A stretch of 50,972 nt of DNA from a virus (taxonomy: Duplodnaviria > Caudoviricetes). Location of the stretch: positions 1-50,972 of IMG/VR virus record IMGVR_UViG_3300044631_002617; one strand, 5' to 3'. Under the pieces are notes generated by a model. The model was not told the DNA's origin and made no database searches. It saw only the letters and a list, made by a program, of their open reading frames with translations. Numbering within the stretch: position 1 is the stretch's first letter; each line of letters starts with the position of its first letter. The position numbers and the translations under genes were made by a program. Positions 8,149-17,506 of this stretch are shown piece by piece.

Positions 8149-8442
8149 ATGCAGATTAAGATCCCCCCGCACATCTTCGACGCACTCCACCGTTACTACA
8201 AGTTCGGGCACCAGCCCGGCTCGTGCCTTCGTGACTTGCTCGAGGGTCGCATGTACGAGTCCGCACTTCGCGCAGACTCCGAGACCCGCGCCCGGTTTGC
8301 TGACATCATCATCTTCGTGCATGAGTTTGCCGACAGGGTCAGGCCCGACGAGGAACTGTTCAACTTCAAGTGGGAAACCTGGCGCTGCAAGTTCAGCCCC
8401 GACGCCACGGAGATCAACTTCAACCGAGGATCCGACGAATGA
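8149..8442 (+). CDS. Hypothetical phage protein
   Basis: GHQPGSCLRDLL...RAD motif, follows polA directly. Confidence 0.75.
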   Translation: MQIKIPPHIFDALHRYYKFGHQPGSCLRDLLEGRMYESALRADSETRARFADIIIFVHEFADRVRPDEELFNFKWETWRCKFSPDATEINFNRGSDE

Positions 8443-8759
8443 GACACGACATCGAACTCACCATCGAAACCGAGGACATCTACCTCACCGTCACCTACGA
8501 CTGCAGGATTGACCGCTTCCGCAACTCCGACGACACAGGCCGACGCTGGTGGGAGGCTGAGGCTAAGTCCACCCTCGTGCATGCGATCCTCTACTACGGC
8601 GACGACGACGACGAGATCGAGTGGCGGTACGGAGACAACAAGCCGCCCGTCCTTGCCGCTGCTCTTGAACGTTACAACGGCCAGCTTGACGAGATGCTGA
8701 CCGAAGAAATCCAGGAACTCGTCGACGACCCATCATTCGGAAAGGACAACGATGCCTGA
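8439..8759 (+). CDS. Acidic hypothetical protein
   Basis: ATGA overlap, D/E-rich. Confidence 0.75.
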   Translation: MRHDIELTIETEDIYLTVTYDCRIDRFRNSDDTGRRWWEAEAKSTLVHAILYYGDDDDEIEWRYGDNKPPVLAAALERYNGQLDEMLTEEIQELVDDPSFGKDNDA

Positions 8760-9144
8760 CTTCCCCACCATCCGTGCCACCGTCGATGCGCTTAAGCCCC
8801 ACCTGCCCGAAGGCTTCCGCATCATCGTCCAGTACTCCGGCTCCGACGACTCCGGCTGGTTCGACAACGAGTACTTCCAGACCAAGGACGAGAAGACCAT
8901 CTACATCGACGAGAAGAAGCCGGAGCCCGAAGCGATCCTGCAGGAGTTCCGCATCGAGATCCACAACGAGTTGTACCCCATGCTCTACAACCGCTTCCCG
9001 GGTTGGGAGATCGGATGCGACGAAGTCCGTGGTTCGCACGGCCACTTCACGATCGACAGCGCAACCAACACCATCACGCAGACGCACATCCAGGACTTCT
9101 GCAGCGAAGAAGATCTCAGCCCCGAAGAGAAGGTCAAGTTCTAA
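8752..9144 (+). CDS. DUF6878-like protein
   Basis: YSGSDDSG and GWEI...GSHG motifs. Confidence 0.7.
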   Translation: MPDFPTIRATVDALKPHLPEGFRIIVQYSGSDDSGWFDNEYFQTKDEKTIYIDEKKPEPEAILQEFRIEIHNELYPMLYNRFPGWEIGCDEVRGSHGHFTIDSATNTITQTHIQDFCSEEDLSPEEKVKF

Positions 9145-9533
9145 TGCACCCCTACCACCACGCCCTGTCGTCCGCCAAGAAGCACGGCGGTGAACCCGGC
9201 GACTACCAGTTCATCCACGACTGGTTCGACGCCACCAAGCAGTACTTCGGTGACGCCCGTCACCGGGCCCTCCGTCACCACACCGCCGGCATCTTCTGGT
9301 GCGAGGAGATCTACGGTCACACCATCACCAACCGTGACGGCAAGCAGATCCCCGTCCGAGTCATCGCCGAGCAGCACGTGATGGAGGACATGGGGTTCTT
9401 GCCCACGCCCGAGTGGTGGCTCAGCAAGATGACCCTCACGGTCGACATGAACCGGGTCCCCACCAAGCCGGACAGTGCGTTCGACAACCTGAAGCGAACC
9501 CTGGCGGCGGAACTGTACAAGGGTGAGGGCTGA
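9144..9533 (+). CDS. DUF6915-like His-rich protein
   Basis: HPYHHALSS..HGG...IHDWFDATK...RHRALRHH..GIF...AEQHVMED. Confidence 0.8.
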   Translation: MHPYHHALSSAKKHGGEPGDYQFIHDWFDATKQYFGDARHRALRHHTAGIFWCEEIYGHTITNRDGKQIPVRVIAEQHVMEDMGFLPTPEWWLSKMTLTVDMNRVPTKPDSAFDNLKRTLAAELYKGEG

Positions 9534-9548
9534 CCCTACGATGGGGCG

Positions 9549-10238
9549 GTGTCCCAAGTCACCGTCCTGATTGACGCCCGGGAAAAGAAACCCCTTGCCT
9601 TTCCCGCACACCTCGTGGTGCTGGACAGGAATGCCCTGCCCACCTCCGGTCGGTCCCGCACAGTCACGGTCCGCACGCAGTCTGAGACCATGAAGACTGG
9701 GGACTACCGGTTGGTGGGGGGCAAGGCGGCCATTGAGCGGAAGGGATCCTTCGAGGAGATCGCGGGGAACTGCCTAACCCTCGACGGCAGGCGACGTTTT
9801 ATTGAATGCTGCCGCCGCCTCCGGGACGAGTGCAGCAGGGCGTGCCTCTTGTTCGAGGGCGCAGTGGGGGGCTTCGAGGTTCGGGCTGGACTTCCCCATC
9901 CGGGGGTCGCAACCGACGCTTTATTGGATATCATCGGGGAGCACGGGCTACCGCTCATGCTGCTCCCCCTGAGCACGACCGGCCAACGTAGGGCGGCAGG
10001 GGAATGGGCGCTGAGGTGGCTCCTATCGCAGGAACGCCATGTCATACGTCACGCTCACGACCGACACCAAGAACTACCACAAGTCGACGACCTTCGCAGT
10101 AACGGCGACGGCGGCCCAGGCAAAGTCGGTTGTGACGACGAAGCCCGAGCCGGTGGCGAATCGCAGCACGGTGCTGGGCGCATCGTACAACTACCTCAAG
10201 CTGAAGATCTACTGCAGCGCAAGCACCCCGGTGCCTAG
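9549..10238 (+). CDS. ERCC4/XPF-domain nuclease (probable resolvase)
   Basis: IDARE, GDY and IERK motifs. The C-terminal tail overlaps the next gene. Confidence 0.85.
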   Translation: MSQVTVLIDAREKKPLAFPAHLVVLDRNALPTSGRSRTVTVRTQSETMKTGDYRLVGGKAAIERKGSFEEIAGNCLTLDGRRRFIECCRRLRDECSRACLLFEGAVGGFEVRAGLPHPGVATDALLDIIGEHGLPLMLLPLSTTGQRRAAGEWALRWLLSQERHVIRHAHDRHQELPQVDDLRSNGDGGPGKVGCDDEARAGGESQHGAGRIVQLPQAEDLLQRKHPGA

Positions 10239-10536
10239 CGTCTACATCTACGGCTGGAACTACTGCCCCGAAGTCAACGGCTGGGTTCCGCAGCTTCTGT
10301 ACTCCGGCACTGTTACCCTTGCGTCCAGCTCGCAGACCCTGCCGAGCGTTGGCACGGTGTGGGAAGTTGCAGCGCACACAAAGGTGACCGGTGACGGCAA
10401 GCTCTTCGACGGGTCGAGCTCGACCAGCAACGGTGGCTTCCTCCTCATCGACACGCTGGGCTGCGAGTACATCGAGCCCTCGTTCACCGTCTCCACCGGC
10501 AGCCAGAACATCACCGTTCTTGCCGCAGGACTCTGA
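10039..10536 (+). CDS. Beta-rich, probably virion-associated protein
   Basis: AGGA RBS, T/S/G/V-rich, upstream of a tail fibre gene. Confidence 0.7.
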   Translation: MSYVTLTTDTKNYHKSTTFAVTATAAQAKSVVTTKPEPVANRSTVLGASYNYLKLKIYCSASTPVPSVYIYGWNYCPEVNGWVPQLLYSGTVTLASSSQTLPSVGTVWEVAAHTKVTGDGKLFDGSSSTSNGGFLLIDTLGCEYIEPSFTVSTGSQNITVLAAGL

Positions 10537-10769
10537 TGTTCCACACCCGCACTCGTCCACTGTCGGAGTTCCCCAACCGCACGCAGCGGTTCCGGATCTC
10601 CATGTTCAATCCCGTTGTCCCGATTGAAGAGGCCATCTACAACGGGCAGACGGCGTCGTTCACCGCGTTTGCTGAAATCTTGAACGGCGAGAACGCATCG
10701 TTCACTAGCTACCAGCGCACCATTATTCCTCCTGACGCAAGCGGCGGATACCCTGCCGCCGAGGCCTGA
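10536..10769 (+). CDS. Hypothetical protein
   Basis: TGATG coupling. Confidence 0.7.
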   Translation: MFHTRTRPLSEFPNRTQRFRISMFNPVVPIEEAIYNGQTASFTAFAEILNGENASFTSYQRTIIPPDASGGYPAAEA

Positions 10770-10771
10770 CC

Positions 10772-11791
10772 ATGGCAACCAACGTAGACGCACAGATTTG
10801 TGTTCGCCGCGACACCGCAGCCAACTGGGCAAGCTCAAACCCCACCCTCCTCAACGGCGAGGTGGGGTACGACACGACCAACAACAAGCTGAAGATCGGC
10901 AACGGCACCCTTGGCTGGAATGCGCTGTCCTATCTGACCGATGCAACTGGAAGTGTTTGGCCTGATCCGGTGCGTAAAGCATTGTGGCAATGCGAATTCA
11001 CCAGCGGAGTCCCAACATATCCAGCCCCGGGTGCTTCTAGCACTTTGCGAGGGTTGACTCCGCAGTATTACTACGGCGCAAACGACCGTAACTACATGAC
11101 TGTGGAGGGCATCGATTCAGAGGAGTGGTCGTATGGTGCGGTTGCAGTGTCGGTGATGGGGCCAAATATGTGGTGCTGGATTGGCGAATCTATTCCTTCA
11201 GGCTATTCAGCCCCCAGCGGTGACAACAATGCCCCAACGGCCCGATACCACACGCAGGAGTTTGTTTCAATCTTCCGGACTCCAATTAGCACGGCCAACT
11301 ACATCCTTTGTGTTGGAGCGTCAGGTAATGGAACTGGCGATCCACGCCACACGGCAAACACTGGATTCTTCTTCAAGTATCAACCGGGCAACAATGGAAA
11401 CAGGTGGCAATGCGTCATCCGGCTTCTTGACAGCACGCCTTGGGCGCAAGTTGAGTATGTCGTGGACAGCGGCATTGCGTTTACGGCATACACGGTTTAC
11501 AACTTGAAGGTAGTAACAACTGAAGGACCGGGTCCGACTCTGATTCCGACTGTTCGGTTCTACATCAACGAAGCACTCGTTGCTACGGTCAACCTGTCAA
11601 TCTACCCATCGACTCAAACCCAGTATTTCTTCCCATTGACGAACAACATTTCGCAAACCACGCAGTCCGGACTTGGTGCATATGACACCCGTGCGTTCTA
11701 TGTGGACTATATGCACCGCCTGATCACCTTCAACACGGTTGTTCCGCGCTTGCGTGACGGCATTACGGCAGTTAGCGGCAGTGAGTCCTAA
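10772..11791 (+). CDS. Tail fibre / receptor-binding protein with Mtd-N-type N-terminus
   Basis: RRDTAANWASSNPTLLNGEVGYDTTNNKLKIGNG...W..L.Y, followed by a beta-rich distal domain. Confidence 0.8.
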   Translation: MATNVDAQICVRRDTAANWASSNPTLLNGEVGYDTTNNKLKIGNGTLGWNALSYLTDATGSVWPDPVRKALWQCEFTSGVPTYPAPGASSTLRGLTPQYYYGANDRNYMTVEGIDSEEWSYGAVAVSVMGPNMWCWIGESIPSGYSAPSGDNNAPTARYHTQEFVSIFRTPISTANYILCVGASGNGTGDPRHTANTGFFFKYQPGNNGNRWQCVIRLLDSTPWAQVEYVVDSGIAFTAYTVYNLKVVTTEGPGPTLIPTVRFYINEALVATVNLSIYPSTQTQYFFPLTNNISQTTQSGLGAYDTRAFYVDYMHRLITFNTVVPRLRDGITAVSGSES

Positions 11792-11803
11792 AGAAAGGCA
11801 ATC

Positions 11804-12208
11804 ATGCGTAGCGCATTCATTGAAAACAACAAGGTTGGCACCATTCGTGAGGTGTCGTACCCGGACCATCCAATGTGGGTTCTGCTCAACGAGGGTGAGG
11901 TTTGCCATACTGGAATGCTGTACAGGCCCAATGAGACCCCCCGCTTTGCGTTTCCAGAGCCTGCTCCAAAGCCCGTTGAACCAAAGGCATGGACGGCTTT
12001 TCAATTCCTGCTTCGGTTCACCGAACAGGAGCGTGAGACGTTCCGCGTTGCTGCTCTGACGGACGGCAAGGTTGCGGACTTCATGCAGTTGTGCGGCGCA
12101 GCCAGCGAGGTTGAGGCCAATCACCCGCTGACGGTGGCAGGCATGGCGTACCTGGTGTCTCAGGATCTGCTGACCCAGGCGCGCGCTGACGAGGTGCTGG
12201 GAAACTAA
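11804..12208 (+). CDS. Putative tail-fibre accessory or chaperone protein
   Basis: Follows the fibre gene, FLLRFTEQER...LLTQARADEVL pattern. Confidence 0.55.
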   Translation: MRSAFIENNKVGTIREVSYPDHPMWVLLNEGEVCHTGMLYRPNETPRFAFPEPAPKPVEPKAWTAFQFLLRFTEQERETFRVAALTDGKVADFMQLCGAASEVEANHPLTVAGMAYLVSQDLLTQARADEVLGN

Positions 12209-12211
12209 GCC

Positions 12212-12430
12212 ATGACCATTGAGCGTGACAACGTCGTGAAGCTGTCGGCAGGCAACTGGATCGCCATCGTGGGCATCGCCGTGACCGTGTTGGCCTTCGT
12301 TATCCCTGCGTACATCAACCACGACCGGCTGCTTATGCAAGTGATTACCCAGCAAGCAGCGCTCAACCAGCGGCTGGACAAGATCGAGATCAAGCTTGAG
12401 GCTGCTGCCGCTCATCCTGCTGCTCGCTGA
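12212..12430 (+). CDS. Small membrane protein (holin candidate)
   Basis: One hydrophobic helix plus a coiled-coil tail. Confidence 0.55.
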   Translation: MTIERDNVVKLSAGNWIAIVGIAVTVLAFVIPAYINHDRLLMQVITQQAALNQRLDKIEIKLEAAAAHPAAR

Positions 12431-12890
12431 CTTCTGGTTGCTGGTGGGGTGCAGCCCGACCGCACGGGTCGCGCACAACTCCACCCTCATTCAGTCGGAG
12501 GCACAGGCGCTGATTGACAGGGGCGAGGCGACCGGGGACAAGGAGGTCGTGAAGCATGCAGAACGTATTTACGGGCTTGCTTCTGATATCCATGGTCAGC
12601 TACCTTATCTGGAGGACCGAGTGCCATCGTGGCTCACGACGCTGTGGTGGTGCGCGGCAGCCGCAATCGTTATCGGCATCTGCGTTATCCTGTGGCAGAC
12701 CGGAATCGGCACTGCCATCCGAGTCGCCATTGGCTGGCTCCCGCGGAAGAAGGTTGTTGACGCCGACCTTGCTTCGGGCATGCTCGACCCAAACAAACCG
12801 GAAGACGCTCGTGAGTATGTTGCTGCGCGACGGGCGTCCGACCCAGAGTTCGATGCCGCGTGGCGACGCATTCACAAGGAGAAGTCATGA
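12396..12890 (+). CDS. Lipoprotein with C-terminal TM helix (spanin candidate)
   Basis: Signal peptide ending in an LVGC lipobox, plus a second hydrophobic segment. Confidence 0.6.
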   Translation: MRLLPLILLLADFWLLVGCSPTARVAHNSTLIQSEAQALIDRGEATGDKEVVKHAERIYGLASDIHGQLPYLEDRVPSWLTTLWWCAAAAIVIGICVILWQTGIGTAIRVAIGWLPRKKVVDADLASGMLDPNKPEDAREYVAARRASDPEFDAAWRRIHKEKS

Positions 12891-13006
12891 CGACTCTCGC
12901 TGACATCAGTTCGTTCCTCGGTAGCCTGTGGTTCGCAGGCCTGCTTGGCACCCTCGGCTTCGTGGCCGGTTGGTTCCTCTGCAAGAAGCACGGCAGCAAG
13001 TTCTGA
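12887..13006 (+). CDS. 39-aa membrane peptide MTTLADISSFLGSLWFAGLLGTLGFVAGWFLCKKHGSKF
   Basis: AAGGAG RBS, ATGA and TGATG coupling. Too short for the ORF track. Confidence 0.7.
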   Translation: MTTLADISSFLGSLWFAGLLGTLGFVAGWFLCKKHGSKF

Positions 13007-13923
13007 TGGCAAACGTACCGTTCCAGGTGAGGGCAGCAACGAGGAACATCCACCTTGTTGATCTCGATTTCACCTCGAAGACGGATGAGTGGTGGTTCCT
13101 ACTGTCCGGGGACCGCCACCACGATAACCCACACGCAGACCACGAGCTGGAGCTCAAGCACCTTGAAGAAGCAAAGGCTCGCCGTGCCGGCATCATTGAT
13201 GTGGGCGATCTGCACTGCGCGATGGAAGGCAAATTTGATCCTCGCCGCAACAAAGCAGGGATTCGTGAAGAGCATGCAATGGCTCCGGACTATCTCGATT
13301 CCCTAGTCCGTCACGCCGCTGATTTCTACGCGCCATACGCCAGCAACTTCGTCGTGATAGGCCGCGGGAATCACGAGTCGGCGATCCTGAAGAACTGCGA
13401 GACCGACATCACCGAGCGCCTGTGCGAGCGCATGTCCCAGATGAGCGGGCACAAGGTGCATCCTGGCGGCTACGGGGGCTGGGTCAAGTTCCACCTTGAG
13501 ACACCCAACAACGAACGGTACACGCTAAGCCTCAAGTACTTCCACGGTGCCGGAGGCGCAGCACTCATGTCCTTCGACACCCTAAAGGTGCGTCGCAATG
13601 CTGCGGTCATGCCGGATGCAGACGTCATCGTGCAGGGCCACGTCCACAAGCAGTGGTTCATGCCCCTGTCCCGCGAGCGCCTGGTCTGCGACAAGCACGG
13701 CTGCCGCGTGGTCAGCGACATCCAGTTCCACGTGAGAACGGGGACCTACAAGGACGAGTTCGGCGATGGCCACTCGGGCTGGCACATCGAGCAGGGCCGT
13801 GGCCCTGAAGTGCAGGGCGCAGTCTGGATGCGCCTGTACCTCGCCAAGAAGGCGGGTCGCACGACCGGCGGCGACTCCAAGACCTACTACCAGCTGACGC
13901 CTGAATTCCACCTGGCGCACTGA
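13006..13923 (+). CDS. Calcineurin-like metallophosphoesterase
   Basis: GDRH, VGD, GNHE, FHG and GHVH motifs. Confidence 0.9.
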   Translation: MANVPFQVRAATRNIHLVDLDFTSKTDEWWFLLSGDRHHDNPHADHELELKHLEEAKARRAGIIDVGDLHCAMEGKFDPRRNKAGIREEHAMAPDYLDSLVRHAADFYAPYASNFVVIGRGNHESAILKNCETDITERLCERMSQMSGHKVHPGGYGGWVKFHLETPNNERYTLSLKYFHGAGGAALMSFDTLKVRRNAAVMPDADVIVQGHVHKQWFMPLSRERLVCDKHGCRVVSDIQFHVRTGTYKDEFGDGHSGWHIEQGRGPEVQGAVWMRLYLAKKAGRTTGGDSKTYYQLTPEFHLAH

Positions 13924-13935
13924 ACCCCACCAGCC

Positions 13936-14205
13936 ATGGCCAAGGGAGATCGCATCCTCCGCATCCGTGGCCAGCGCTGGAGGCTGCGCTTCGTCAGCAA
14001 CCTCGGCGACAACCGGGGCGTGTGCGACAAGCCCAACCGCATCATCCGCGTCCTGTCCTCCCAGGAGGGACAGATGGAAATGGACACCATCATCCACGAG
14101 ATGCTGCACGCCGCCCTCTGGGACCTCGACGAGGAAGCAGTCCACGACACCGCCAACGCCATTGCCGCTGCGCTCTGGCGGGTGGGGTACCGCCGTCCCC
14201 AGTGA
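13936..14205 (+). CDS. Small HExxH zinc metallopeptidase-like protein
   Basis: DTIIHEMLHA...EEAV. Confidence 0.75.
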   Translation: MAKGDRILRIRGQRWRLRFVSNLGDNRGVCDKPNRIIRVLSSQEGQMEMDTIIHEMLHAALWDLDEEAVHDTANAIAAALWRVGYRRPQ

Positions 14206-14229
14206 AGCAAATCCTTCACCCGCTTCCCC

Positions 14230-14272
14230 TATAGTCGCGCAAGCGGGGAGGCGCGGTGCGCCCCGCTTGCGC
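14230..14272 (+). promoter_or_regulatory. -10-like TATAGT followed by a 12-bp perfect inverted repeat
   Basis: GCGCAAGCGGGG (14237-14248) / CCCCGCTTGCGC (14261-14272), upstream of the recombination module. Confidence 0.5.
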
Positions 14273-14292
14273 TCACCACAGGAGTCCCAACC

Positions 14293-15519
14293 ATGCCCCC
14301 ACCAACCCAGGCTGTCCATTACCCCACCAGCGTCGTTGACCCCAACGTCCGTCACTGGCTTGAGGCCCACGGCATCTTTGCCCGCAAGCCCCCCATCCGC
14401 TCGAGCGACTACCGCCTCGTGCGCTCGTGCCCCCGCACCTACTACCTGTCCCGCCGGCTGGGCCTCGTCAAGGCGTTCCAGTACAGCAAGGCCCTGACCC
14501 GCGGCAGCTGGGTCCACCTCGCGTTCGCGTGCATCCTCGATGACCCCACCGACCGGGCGATCACGCTGGAAAACGCCATCGCCGCCCGCTGCGAGGAGCT
14601 GCGGGAAGTGGCCAAGGCGCTTGGCGTGTCGTCCGAGAAGATCCGGGAGATGGTTGCGCGGGAGGAGCAGGACGCCCGCACCAGCATCGCGTGGTTCAAC
14701 GCAGCCCTCCAGATCCCGGACGGCAGTGGCCGCACCCTGGCCCAGCGGTTCGCGCAGGATTGGATCGTGGTCGAGCAGGAGCCCGAGATCCTGCACGGCG
14801 ACCGGCTCATCCAGCCCGACGTCATCGTGCGGGACAAGGTGGGGAAGTTCTGGATCGTGGACTTCAAGACCACGGCCATGTCCACCAACGCCCGCCTCCA
14901 GACCTGCCCGCTGGAGTTCCAGACCCAGCACTACTTCCACACCTACCGCGACAAGTGCGCAGAAGACACCGCGTTCCAGCTCGCGTACTGCATGCCCGAA
15001 GACGTGGGCGGCGTCCTGCACATTGCGATCCGCAAGCCCAGCATCGAGTTCGGACTGAAGGACAGGCCGTTCACCCTCGACGAATCCCCGTTCAAGTCCG
15101 GCCCGCGAAAGGGCGAGCCGCGCAACGAGAAGATCTACACCGGTGAGCCTGACGCGTACCTGTACGAGCAGCGTTGCATCGAGTGGTACATGGGCCGCGG
15201 TGAGTACAGCCACTTCGAGCCTGAGCGGTTGACCGATCCGTGCGTCGCGATTTCCACGACATCCGCTGAACTCCTCACTTGCGCTGACATGCAGGCAGAG
15301 TACAATTCGCGTCTGTCCCTCATCCGGAACTACACGAGCCGCCCGTCGCAACCCAGCGAATTCGAGATCGGTGACCCTGTCGTGCAGCATGGCACGCCGT
15401 CGCCCTATCTCCCGTTCCACATGGTTGAACCCGCGAAGTGGCCCGACCTGATCCGCAGTGAGGGGTTCCTGCAACGCGACAGAGACAACCACACGGAGAT
15501 CGACAATGGATCAGAGTGA
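14293..15519 (+). CDS. PD-(D/E)XK nuclease, Cas4/RecB-like exonuclease
   Basis: CPRTY, GSWVH, E-x-E, PDVIV...IVDFKT, Q...Y motifs. Confidence 0.88.
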   Translation: MPPPTQAVHYPTSVVDPNVRHWLEAHGIFARKPPIRSSDYRLVRSCPRTYYLSRRLGLVKAFQYSKALTRGSWVHLAFACILDDPTDRAITLENAIAARCEELREVAKALGVSSEKIREMVAREEQDARTSIAWFNAALQIPDGSGRTLAQRFAQDWIVVEQEPEILHGDRLIQPDVIVRDKVGKFWIVDFKTTAMSTNARLQTCPLEFQTQHYFHTYRDKCAEDTAFQLAYCMPEDVGGVLHIAIRKPSIEFGLKDRPFTLDESPFKSGPRKGEPRNEKIYTGEPDAYLYEQRCIEWYMGRGEYSHFEPERLTDPCVAISTTSAELLTCADMQAEYNSRLSLIRNYTSRPSQPSEFEIGDPVVQHGTPSPYLPFHMVEPAKWPDLIRSEGFLQRDRDNHTEIDNGSE

Positions 15520-15985
15520 GACCCCCACCAGCCAGGAAGCAGGGCGTTCCGTCCTGGGCCCTGCCATGTGGCAAGAGGTGCTGCGCCTCGTCATCGCCCC
15601 CAAGCTTGCGGTCATCGTGACCCGGCACGGGAACGACATCGAGAACCGGCAGCAGCTGCACCGCAAGTTCTGCGAGGAGTACGGTGTCAAGCCGTCCTAC
15701 TCCACATTCAGCGGGTGGTGCGAGGACCTGGGCATCAGCTTCCGCAAGCGCATCGAAGTCAGCATCCCCGGCTGGAAGGAGATGCCTTCTGTCCAGCCCA
15801 CGTGGTCCGACAAGCCCATGGTCGTGCCCGTGATCCTGCAGGAAGAAGACGCCGAAGCGCCTGTGACGTGGGACAGCCCGCAGACCGAACAGGCGCCCGC
15901 GGCTGACCCGTTCAACATCCCGGAAGTCCTGCCTGGCGGCATGCGCCCCCCGGCGTTCCTGAATCAGTCGGACTTCGCCAACTAA
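15506..15985 (+). CDS. Hypothetical protein, possible N-terminal DNA-binding helices
   Basis: GGAG RBS, overlaps the nuclease stop. Confidence 0.7.
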   Translation: MDQSETPTSQEAGRSVLGPAMWQEVLRLVIAPKLAVIVTRHGNDIENRQQLHRKFCEEYGVKPSYSTFSGWCEDLGISFRKRIEVSIPGWKEMPSVQPTWSDKPMVVPVILQEEDAEAPVTWDSPQTEQAPAADPFNIPEVLPGGMRPPAFLNQSDFAN

Positions 15986-16006
15986 CCCCCAACCCAAGGA
16001 GTCATC

Positions 16007-16906
16007 ATGACACACTCCGTCACCCACGGTTCCACTGTCGCATCCAAGTACGCAGGTCTCGGCAATGCAGTTACCACCGGTCGCACTACTCCTTCTCGCA
16101 TGCTGGGACTCGTGGTCGGCGAGGCAGGATGCGGCAAGTCGTTCCTGCTGCAGTCGCACCCCGGCGCGTACATCCTCAACCTCGACGAGACCCCTGCCGT
16201 CTGCGGCACCAGCGAAGCCGTCATGTTCCCCACTCCCGGCCCGGATGGCCGCAGCGTGGACGAGCGTGGCAGCCCGATCGTCCTCGATTGGGCTGCGCTT
16301 GAGGCCAAGCAGAAGGTCCTGATCGACCTCGCCACCCGCAACCAGCCCCGGCCGGAAACCGTCGTCATCGACACGCTTGGTGCAGCCATTCGCCTGCTCC
16401 GTCCGCACATCGCCAAGTTGTACGGGCGTGAGCGGTTCACCGACGTGGACGGCCGGCTGGGCTGGGAGCGGTTGTTCGACACCCTCATCGAGTTCGGCAC
16501 CAGCCTGCGCCGCCACGGCTACGGCGTGTACTACATCGCCCACCTGTCCCGCAAGCACGTGCCGCTCAGCGAGAACCAGAACGTCGAGGAGTACAAGATC
16601 CTCATCTCGGACGGTCTGTACGCCCGCATGTTCCCCATGTTCGACATTGTCATCCCGGTCACCGCACAGTGGGATGTCAAGGAGATCACGCGGGACCAGG
16701 AAGCCAACGTCGGCGGCAAGGTTGTCACCCGCAAGGTGACGAGCCAAGAGAAGGTCCGCCGCCACTACTGCTCTTTCGACAACCCGAAGCTGGAGGGCAT
16801 CGCCAAGGTCCGCACCTTGTCGCCCCTGACCACCATCGAGTTGCCCCGCGAGAACGCTTGGCAGTCGTTCTGCCAGGCCTACGAGACCGCGAACGTGGCC
16901 CGCTGA
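16007..16906 (+). CDS. AAA_24 / Sak4-like ATPase (annealing recombinase candidate)
   Basis: Walker A GEAGCGKS, Walker B VVIDT, IAH motif, located between an exonuclease and an SSB-like gene. Confidence 0.82.
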   Translation: MTHSVTHGSTVASKYAGLGNAVTTGRTTPSRMLGLVVGEAGCGKSFLLQSHPGAYILNLDETPAVCGTSEAVMFPTPGPDGRSVDERGSPIVLDWAALEAKQKVLIDLATRNQPRPETVVIDTLGAAIRLLRPHIAKLYGRERFTDVDGRLGWERLFDTLIEFGTSLRRHGYGVYYIAHLSRKHVPLSENQNVEEYKILISDGLYARMFPMFDIVIPVTAQWDVKEITRDQEANVGGKVVTRKVTSQEKVRRHYCSFDNPKLEGIAKVRTLSPLTTIELPRENAWQSFCQAYETANVAR

Positions 16907-16984
16907 CGCGGGGCCCACGTTCGCTACCCCCAACGTCGTTTCGTTTGTTTCGTTTCTTTCACCCCTCTCTATTCGGAGAATCAG

Positions 16985-17506
16985 ATGCCCATTGAGAACA
17001 ACGTCAAGGCCATGTTCAACTCGCTCAACAGCACCTTCGCCAACGCGCAGCCCGACAACGGCATGGGCGCCGGCGGTTGGTGGCCGGCCGAGGGTCAGCA
17101 CGAAGTGTTCGTGTCCAGCCTCAACGTGCGCCCCAGCGAGTACAAGCTGCCTGACGGCCAGAAGGTCCCCGGCACCGAGATCAGCTTCCGCTACCAGCTG
17201 ATCAACGACGCGGACCAGCCCAACGAGCCGCGCTCGTTCGACGGTACGTCCTTCCGCCTGCCGCAGGACACCAACGTCCTGGACGAAAAGGGTCGCATGC
17301 GTACCGAGATCGAGATGCGTCGCCTGAAGGGTCACCTCCAGACCATCCTGCGCCGTGACGTCAAGGATATCGGAACCGCTATCGCGGACGCCGATGCCAA
17401 GATCAACGGTCAGGACGCGGTCGCCGTCGTGGTCAAGTGCCAGTACGACAACGTCAACGGCAAGACTTACCGCAAGGACTTCCTCGTGAAGCCCCTCGCG
17501 TCCTGA
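16985..17506 (+). CDS. SSB-like (DUF669-type) protein
   Basis: PAEGQHEV start of a beta-rich core, usual position after a Sak4-like gene. Confidence 0.6.
   Translation: MPIENNVKAMFNSLNSTFANAQPDNGMGAGGWWPAEGQHEVFVSSLNVRPSEYKLPDGQKVPGTEISFRYQLINDADQPNEPRSFDGTSFRLPQDTNVLDEKGRMRTEIEMRRLKGHLQTILRRDVKDIGTAIADADAKINGQDAVAVVVKCQYDNVNGKTYRKDFLVKPLAS

Noticed and set aside
10772-11791. Diversity-generating retroelement suggested by the Mtd-N-type domain
   Set aside because: I saw no reverse transcriptase and no template/variable repeat pair.
14293-15519. CRISPR-Cas system suggested by the Cas4-like nuclease
   Set aside because: There is no array and no other cas gene, and the context is a phage recombination module.
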